Part shown: positions 23,055-33,728 of the stretch, one piece after another | Position numbering within the stretch: the first letter of the stretch is position 1 | Layout: each line of letters opens with the position of its first letter | NCBI GenBank assembly: GCA_040143965.1 | Contig: JASJQH010000071.1 | Coordinates: 1 to 33,728, forward strand | Length of the DNA: 33,728 nucleotides | Direction: 5' to 3' | Origin: Basidiobolus ranarum | Lineage: Eukaryota | Program-made: the position numbers and the translations under genes | Notes under the pieces: model-generated | What the model was told of the DNA's origin: nothing | What the model saw: only the letters and a program-made list of their open reading frames with translations | The model's database searches: none

Positions 23055-25242
23055 TAGAAATCAGAATTTACTAGCTTTGCACACATGTTACTGGGACCTT
23101 ACTTAACACATTCTACCCGTTGGTTTGCCTACATCTTTACAAAACTATAAATGTCAACTTTCAACTCAGTATATCAATAAGTGAGAATCATCAATTCTTC
23201 TAGTTCTCCAAATCACTTCCAACAAATTCTCAAAATATTTTAACATGCTCGGACCCATATATGTTCTCACTATTGATGGCATAGGATTGCCCATTTGGTA
23301 GTGCCATATAGTCCTACAAAATAAAATTTTAGTACCTTCTTGACTGAACAGCTTCAATCACTTCCAATATTTAGTATTTGTAACTGAGGCTCTTCAATCA
23401 TCGAATGGAACCTAATCTTGAGACTTCAAATGCAGCAATCAGAAACTGGGTCTATGAGGCTTATTGTATAAGCAGCACAACATTCTAAGCACATCCGAAC
23501 AGCTTTAGATGAGGCGCTTCTCAATCATTTTGATGGGAATATAGACTCTCTAGAACTTGGTGTGCAATTGAGACAATAACGTGCACATTTTAGCATCTTT
23601 TATTGTCTAATTTTTGAAGGTATATTAGATGAGAGGGGGATTGAGGAATAGATTTAGAAATTAGATATATGAAATCTCTTAGTTTGCTTGCATTAAAGCC
23701 ATTAAATCGTGTAGGGATAGATTAAATCTTATGGGGTGATTTTCTGATCTATTTGGTATGTCTGTAATTAAGATATATTTGGTGAATTTTAGTGATTCAG
23801 GCTCGAGTTGTTTTCGCCACTGCAAGTAAATTATTACATGCAGTCTCATACAGTGTATTGTATGAAGAAATGTGGGTCCCTGGCGAGATTGTGGGTCATC
23901 ACGCATACTTCCCTGTGCTTTTGAACTGTATCAGAAATGTTGATTAAAGCATATATCAATATTTTATAAAATAACCATTTTGCCTCCACTGGTCAAGTAA
24001 CATCTTATCCTTACATTTGATTTCATGCTGAAAGATAATGATAACCACCGTGCTCCATGCGTAACTCTGGAAAATTTATTTTGCCTACAATATGTGACTG
24101 CAAAACCCGGAAATAGGTGGACAAGAAAGAGCGTTGAAACATTTAGAACATGCCAATACATAATAGATGAGTTACACCTTAAATCTATTTAGAGTCAAAA
24201 AAGTGCCTGGTTTAAATTCACTATAATAGCTATAAACAAGTCAAAGAGTTACTTTCTTGTGAATCTGAAGAAAATTAATCTCACCATTCCTATTCCATCT
24301 TGTAGAGTATCACGAATTTAGGTTTACTGTAGGCTTCTTTGACACTAGATTCTTTGCATGGTGGTGCAACTTGACCATATTGTCTAAGGCCCTGGGAGCC
24401 GATCAACCCCCAGAGTAAACAATAAAAATGGTCAGATAGTTTGGAAATCTGCTTGAAGGTTAAATTAAGTGCTTGGCAATTGTGGGACCAGGGTCATTGT
24501 ATTACATAAGTCCGATGCTCCATCATGAATGGGACCATTTTACAAAGGACTTACCTTAGTGGGAGCTATTACGTTGTATATAGTCTAACTTCAAAATATT
24601 CCCTATGAAGTGGGACCGATCCATTTAAGAGGAAATTGTGAATTACATGTTTCAAACATATGCCGTGTGAAGAATCATCATGACAAGCATTTATCGAAAG
24701 AATGTTTTTAGTCTCATCAAAAACCTGATTCCAACCTTATTCATTAAATTTATGATTTCAATGGGCCTCCAGTGTCTAGAGTCTTGTTACGTATAGTAAC
24801 TATTCCACATTACTGTGAGATAAAGTGGCGCTTATGTACCACACATCCACTGCGAAATACAGGATGTTGGGCAGTTTTGGGGTTATTAAATGTGGCCAAT
24901 TGTGAACTCAAGTAACCATCTTGACTCAATCGCAGTTCTAGTGTGCTTTCTAAGAGATAGATTCCAAAATTCTCCATCATTGATGGACTTGATGAGATGT
25001 AGAAATATTGCATGTATGTTATCTGAAGCATCTGCATGGAGATGGTGACTTCGCATCATTTATGGTTGTAACAATTAAGCATCAAGAAGGACTACATCAA
25101 TACATATCGCATACAAAAGATGAAGTTAAATATAAAATAGTGATGTTGTAATGATAGATGGTATAAGTGGAATACACAGGAGAGGACCAACATGAAGTTC
25201 GACCTCCAATGCTAATAGTAGAAGCAAGGACGGTAAAGAGTT

Positions 25243-26280
25243 TTATAATAAAGCGGAAAGGGAAACAAGGGTGGCAAAAAGAGCACCAGCATAAAGAGAA
25301 GCACCATAGTTACCAGCGGCCATGCTCTTGCTGTTGCTAGTGGTGGTATTTCCCCCGGTGGAATTGGTTGCACCTTGTTCAGGATCATCTCTGTATAATC
25401 TCTTGTCACCCAAACATTCAGGTACAGTTACAATACGGAATCCAGCGTTGGTAACCATATCAATCAGTTCTCCAGCAATATTGACTGAATATGGGTGAAT
25501 ATCGTGATGCAAAGATAAGAACTGATGTTTTGTTGGGTCAGCTCCAGTTAAGGCTTTAACGTAAATGGCGCGAACTTGATTAGAATCCATGTTCTTCCAG
25601 TCCAAACTATCAAGATTCCAATAAACTACTTGGTAACCCAAAGTCTTCATCAGGGCCAAGGACTCCGGAGTCGACGCACCAGTGGGGGGTCTCATGTAAC
25701 GAACTTGCTTGCCAATTGCTTTGAAAATGTTGTCGGCAGTCTTGTTCATCTCCGATCTAACAAGGTCGGGAGAACTGATTCGAGTATCAATGTTGATATG
25801 AGTGTATGTATGAGAAGCAATATGATGCCCTTCATCATAAGCTCTCTTTAGCAGTTGATGTGAGTTGGGAGTTTCAAGCATATTACCCAACACAAAGAAG
25901 GTCACCTTGACATTCTTACTCTTCAAGATATCCAACAGCTGGGGAGTAAGAACAGGATGTGGTCCATCATCAAATGTCATAGCAAATGTTCCTGGAACAT
26001 TGCATTGATGAATGTAAGAACCTTCGGTTGGTACAGGCCCCTTAGAGGCTTCAGGAAGACCATCACATTGGAATATACAATCCGCTTTACAAAAGTTGTC
26101 CTGATCTCCACAAAAGCCGTGTCTGGAGCAACATTTTCCAACAGGGCATTGTACAAGACTTGGACTGTTGCCGCACCCAAGCTGAGCAGGATCAGGTGTG
26201 GTAGTTTGAGTATACACGGTACTCAAATGAGTCAAAGTGAGAGATGCAGTAAAGAAAATTAAAGCAGAAGAGAAACGCAT
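25243..26280 (-). CDS. Chitin deacetylase (CE4/NodB) with N-terminal CBM18 hevein domain, secreted, probably GPI-anchored (345 aa)
   Basis: Signal peptide; hevein CG......QCP.GKCCSRHGFCG....FC...C..QC; CE4 motifs TFDDGP, HTYTH, RPPTG, DSLDW and LHHD; S/T/N-rich linker and hydrophobic C-terminal tail. Confidence 0.95.
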   Translation of the reverse strand: MRFSSALIFFTASLTLTHLSTVYTQTTTPDPAQLGCGNSPSLVQCPVGKCCSRHGFCGDQDNFCKADCIFQCDGLPEASKGPVPTEGSYIHQCNVPGTFAMTFDDGPHPVLTPQLLDILKSKNVKVTFFVLGNMLETPNSHQLLKRAYDEGHHIASHTYTHINIDTRISSPDLVRSEMNKTADNIFKAIGKQVRYMRPPTGASTPESLALMKTLGYQVVYWNLDSLDWKNMDSNQVRAIYVKALTGADPTKHQFLSLHHDIHPYSVNIAGELIDMVTNAGFRIVTVPECLGDKRLYRDDPEQGATNSTGGNTTTSNSKSMAAGNYGASLYAGALFATLVSLSALL

Positions 26281-27766
26281 GGCTGATTAATCTACGAATA
26301 GGTGAGAATGTCGAAATATTATGAACTCCAGCTCCTAAGTAAATCTCATGGATGGAAGCCATGGTTTTATCTGCATTTCTCAGCAAAAAACCCACGTTTC
26401 ACAAATGACAGGTGCCAATCAAGGGCCATCAATGTTGTGGTCTCATAGAGCACAAGCACTAATATAGTCATCAGAGGACAGGTTAGGAAAGATGCAGTCG
26501 ATATAGTATATTGCAATCAAGCATAAATCCTGACACAAGTCTAACCCGAAAATAAACATTAGAGAGTCAGGCATCTTACCCGTGGTGCCTTTAAATCAGA
26601 TACCCTCTTTAGCTTTATCCTGTCCTACGGTTCTTATTATATCGACAAATACAATCTCACCTTCTGGCCCAAATAGTTCAGATTGGCCCCAAAGGCGTAA
26701 TTGGTGCAGCTGTGAATTCCGAAAGGGTTGCTAGACTTCACCAAAATCAATCCTCCAATTTCAATAGTCTTAGGATGAGAATTTTAATGATGAATGGTGA
26801 TGATCGGAGAATCCGTAAACCGATATGCCGTAAATGTATAATATTGGAGAGAAGTTTGAATTCGACTACGCCAAACCTGCTTTGGATTAAAAGCGAATAC
26901 CATAGCTGGGGTCAGAGTTCTGCAAGCAAAACATTCTCCACAACAGGTGGTGCAGAGAATGGTGACTTTTCCCTTACTATTTACAGTACGTCGGTGAGGA
27001 GATAGAAATCGAAGAGATTCAGAATTGGCGTTGTCCTAGATCCTTCATTGCCGCAAGTGCAATTTAATTAAGAATGGCTTAATATTTGATTCATAAGCAT
27101 CTTGTTTGTAGGATATCTACCAATCATAGTACACGTTGCAGGCATGTTACTTTAAGTAGCGGCTTTACAGATGGTTGGAAGTGGTAGCCCGTATATCTAT
27201 TTTTGAACCCCAAGTATCCTTTACTGCTGGATAAGCCAAGAGATCTTCACAAAGATGGCTAGATATACTCCATGGATATGGGCCATGTTCTCTGTTCAGC
27301 CAACATGGATGGTTATTACACCTGAATGTGCTGTCGTAACTACAATCACCTGACAGAATGCGAGAAATCAATCATCTATGTGTTTCCTAACACCAGGGCG
27401 GCATTCAATATACTTGGGTTGGGCTATGGTAAAAATGGATTATTGCGTAGTTGAGCTCCTAGCTCATAGAGTCATCATAATTCCTAATTCAGTCATAGAG
27501 TATTGCATTCCACACATACTTCATTAAACCAATATTAGCTGCTAAAATCAACCAATACAATACACTACTACTCAAGCTGACAACCTGAATTTCGTCTACT
27601 TTATTATACTAGCCAGATAAGTCCACTCCTTTACCACGCACTATTGCCTTTACAACACTCAATACCGTACCCTACGTTAGGCATATTGACTGTCTCGTAA
27701 TTCTCTTTGTATCCCCTATTTCAGACCGTGACCCTTTCCTTAAATACGCCACATCTGAATCCAAAC

Positions 27767-30890
<3,124 letters not shown>

Positions 30891-31442
30891 GGTACCAGGC
30901 TTTCTTGTGCCTTCTCTTGTTCTTGAAATACTTTTCACCTAAAAACTGTATGTATGTATGTTTCCATTAAATAGTCTCCTTGCCTAAAATATATCCTTTG
31001 CCAATTAACTTTATCCACATGAGCTATTGCCATATAACTTCCACTCAATTGACTCATCTTAATGTCTGTGAATCAAGTGTGTATCTCAATATAATCCTAT
31101 CCATGACTTCATATTTGAAGCCTTAACTATAGGAATCAATCATATTTATGATTGCATTTAAATGGTATATATAATATTTAATAGCCTCAAACCTTGGATC
31201 AAGTGAGAGTCTACGACTTTCCATATGCTAGAAGAGCGATATGTCTTCTACATCCATACTAGTCATCACTTGGATCAAATACTCGCTGTTAAAACCGCGA
31301 TAAATTTCATTTATTCTCATGGTAACAGATATTAAATAATAACCTAATCAACCAATCAAGCTAGACATACATAGTCATTTAAAATGACTACTACAATTTG
31401 AAGCCCACACCCATTTTATCCACTATCTTCTGATTCGCACGA

Positions 31443-32545
31443 ATGAGTACTTCTGGGTATCAATATGCAGGTACTTCGTGTGTTGTATTAGGTCCTGATC
31501 GAAGGTAAGTAGATGGTTGAATTCAATACTCCAGGAGGTTATAAGATTGACTTAATTCCTACTGTATGTTCTATTCTTCCCTGAAAATGTTTATTCCATT
31601 CAAGTGGAAAAACCTCACTTGCCTGTAAGACTGGGTTAACTCATTTAACTCAAAGTCCAAGGAACGAAGTGATCTTCATCACTCAGAACAGGGAACAGAT
31701 AAAGGAAGGATTAGAACAGCAATTTGAGCAAACGATACCTAATTCTGTACTGCGAAGGATCACTTTCAAGTGAATACTCTTTTCTACTTTCAAAACCAAT
31801 CATTTATCCTGGTATTCTGATCCAACTTAACGGTGAAAATAGATATATCAAAGATGCTAGAACGTTAAGAGTTTATCTAGCTTCCTTACATGTTTACCTT
31901 GAAGAGACTAGATTCCCTACAATGTTGATTGTAGATAATTTTTACGGGTATTTTTTAGAAGAAGTAAAGTAAGTGTGATAAATCGACTTGAAAACTTCGA
32001 GTGTTAAACATGTCTAAAATTGGTTGATTCTCAAGTGAAGAGATATTCATAGGCTTACTTGGATTACTTCAAGACACAGTGTTGTTTATCGGTCAAACCC
32101 ATAGGTAATTTCATTACTTTATGACTCGAAACCCTACTCTTGATATGAAAGTGGATCTGAAATTGTTCTTTAAAATATGAATGTGAAAGTTGCGATCTTT
32201 TGATTATCGATAGGTTGGATATTCCAGAGATCCCAACCAAGCTGATGGTCGATGGTGAAGTTAGTACGGTGCATCCATTCGACATATATGAGCATTTTGT
32301 AGATTCGGTGATCGCAATACAAGGTAATACATTATGCTGATTGGATGTATATGTCCGTTGATTTATGTAAATATACAAATGTACTTTTATTATTTACTTA
32401 TACTTCTTCAAAAGGCACCCCTCCAAATCTCATGATATCTACTATTCATTCCAAGTCGTTTTGCCATAAGAATTGTATTCCACGGGAGGAGCCTCACGTG
32501 ATCCATCAAATGGAACATACATTCATAAACTCCGAATCTCCATAA
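31443..32545 (+). CDS. SWSAP1-like RecA/Rad51-paralog ATPase (Shu complex subunit), 6 exons
   Basis: Exons 31443-31504, 31605-31769, 31843-31968, 32036-32104, 32190-32323 and 32415-32545. Walker A VVLGPDRSGKTSL (split by intron 1), VIFIT, LRRITFKYI....L..YLASLH, Walker B PTMLIVD and LGLLQDT. The last two exons are less certain. Confidence 0.72.
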
Positions 32546-32582
32546 CATTTCAACGATTATGTTGCCTGGAAGTGATGTTTAT

Positions 32583-33472
32583 CTAATCGATATCATTGTC
32601 AACAATCTCTGCCTCAGTCTGCTCTTCGTTCTGTAGCTCCTCTTCAGGAACAAGCTCGAACACTACAACAAAGAAGATGGTTTTTCCATCTCTTGTCTGA
32701 GCCACGTATCGGAGAGGCTAAAATAGAAGAAAATTTAATAAAAAACAATTCGATAACAAGTTGAAAATAATATCTCACTTACCTGACCGTCATAATATTT
32801 CATCACATTTAACTCGAATCCTGGTAACAACAGGGAATGAGTGTTGAAGTTTATGTAAGGATTGAAAAAATCGAATTGATATATGGCGTCGGTTCGAATG
32901 GGTAGGTTAATTCGGTTCTCTAATTTCGATAGATAATCTCGTCTTTCATTAGGGGAAAGGTTTTGTTCCAGAAGAGAGGAGGTATCCTCCTCAATGTGTT
33001 GAACAAGTTCCTTAGAGAGTTCCAGTTCTTCATGAGCAGGTTTTATATTGACGGTGTTCATGGTGACCAATAAAGGACTGAAGGCCCACGGTTGATCGCT
33101 ATGAATGTCTGCGTCCAAGCCTGGATCGATCCATTTTGCCACTTTAAGTGCCACCCCGGCACCGTAAGGTAAATTGAGTTTCTTGTCAAACGTATTGCCA
33201 AAGACCACTTCGTCAGCATTCCATTGTTGTTTGAAGCGTCCTTGTATTTGTATGGAATATTGATCTTTATTTCCTTCGAAATAGAGACTTGTTTTGATAG
33301 GCTTACTACCGTCAGGAGTCAACCCATCATAATCACGTATACGGACCACTAGTTGGCCTGTGAAGTGTGGAGATTCGAGTTGAATAGGGTTTTCTTCATC
33401 ATTTACTTTTATCACTTTTAGATTGTCCAGTTTGGTATCAGTACCAGCACGAACTCTAAGTTTGTACATCAT
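32583..33472 (-). CDS. DUF1769 (UPF0590) family protein, 2 exons
   Basis: Exons 33472-32783 and 32717-32583 (intron GTAAGT...TAG). Motifs LRVRAG, F.G.LVVRIRDY, YSIQIQGRF, VVFGN.FD, IDPGL..D...D.PWAFSPLL and DGQPLRYV......FFVVVFEL. Confidence 0.9.
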
Positions 33473-33728
33473 ACTGGCGTGTAGAGTAGAAGGGTTTTTT
33501 GAGAGGCAAGGGAATATTTAGCGTGACAAGTACGATTAATCAGTCGCAAAAAGATATAAAATATTGATGTAATAATACACACACAAATAGACTTCAATGC
33601 TTCTCTCAACTTTATATGGGGGGCAAAGGGGAAGGACAAGCAAGGGAGAAGCTATTAGATGAACGCTATAAAAGCAGGTTTCAAAGTGGCCAATAAAACA
33701 GGTGAGAATACGATCGTTAAAGTTAATA

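Noticed and set aside
23060-23600. Possible retroelement or pseudogene fragments next to the solo repeat
   Set aside because: No diagnostic motif recognised in the frames examined.
13764-26262. Antisense and alternate-frame ORFs overlapping real genes (e.g. 13764-13976, 15413-15772, 20188-20442, 20742-21029, 25576-25851, 25957-26262)
   Set aside because: Shadow ORFs of the identified coding exons.
30989-31000. ATATCCTTT, a U12 AT-AC-type donor-like motif (also at ~12873)
   Set aside because: Both lie outside any supported coding model, so there is no exon junction to test.

Overview
AT-rich eukaryotic genomic DNA with short GT-AG introns. It is most likely from an early-diverging (non-Dikarya) fungus, inferred from the fungal-type chitin deacetylase, UNC93-like and DUF1769 genes together with muskelin, SWSAP1-like and STRA6-like genes and a U12-type intron. 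Ten protein-coding genes can be built by hand: UNC93-like MFS transporter (-), nitronate monooxygenase, CRAL-TRIO protein, RPS26, a 10-exon STRA6-like membrane protein, an orphan 229-aa ORF, a CBM18-CE4 chitin deacetylase (-), 15-exon muskelin, a SWSAP1-like ATPase and a DUF1769 protein (-). The gene-poor left third holds a duplicated promoter, a Ty1/copia RNase H relic and a MITE-like inverted-repeat element. The most notable signal is the STRA6-like (retinol-binding-protein receptor family) gene, which appears to be fused to a signal peptide plus an extracellular jelly-roll (FBA/CBM-like) domain. It lies about 2 kb from a CRALBP/alpha-TTP-type lipid carrier, and the two share a CCAAT-box promoter arrangement, making this a candidate retinoid/lipophilic-ligand uptake module. 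All family assignments come from motif recognition by eye; no searches were run.
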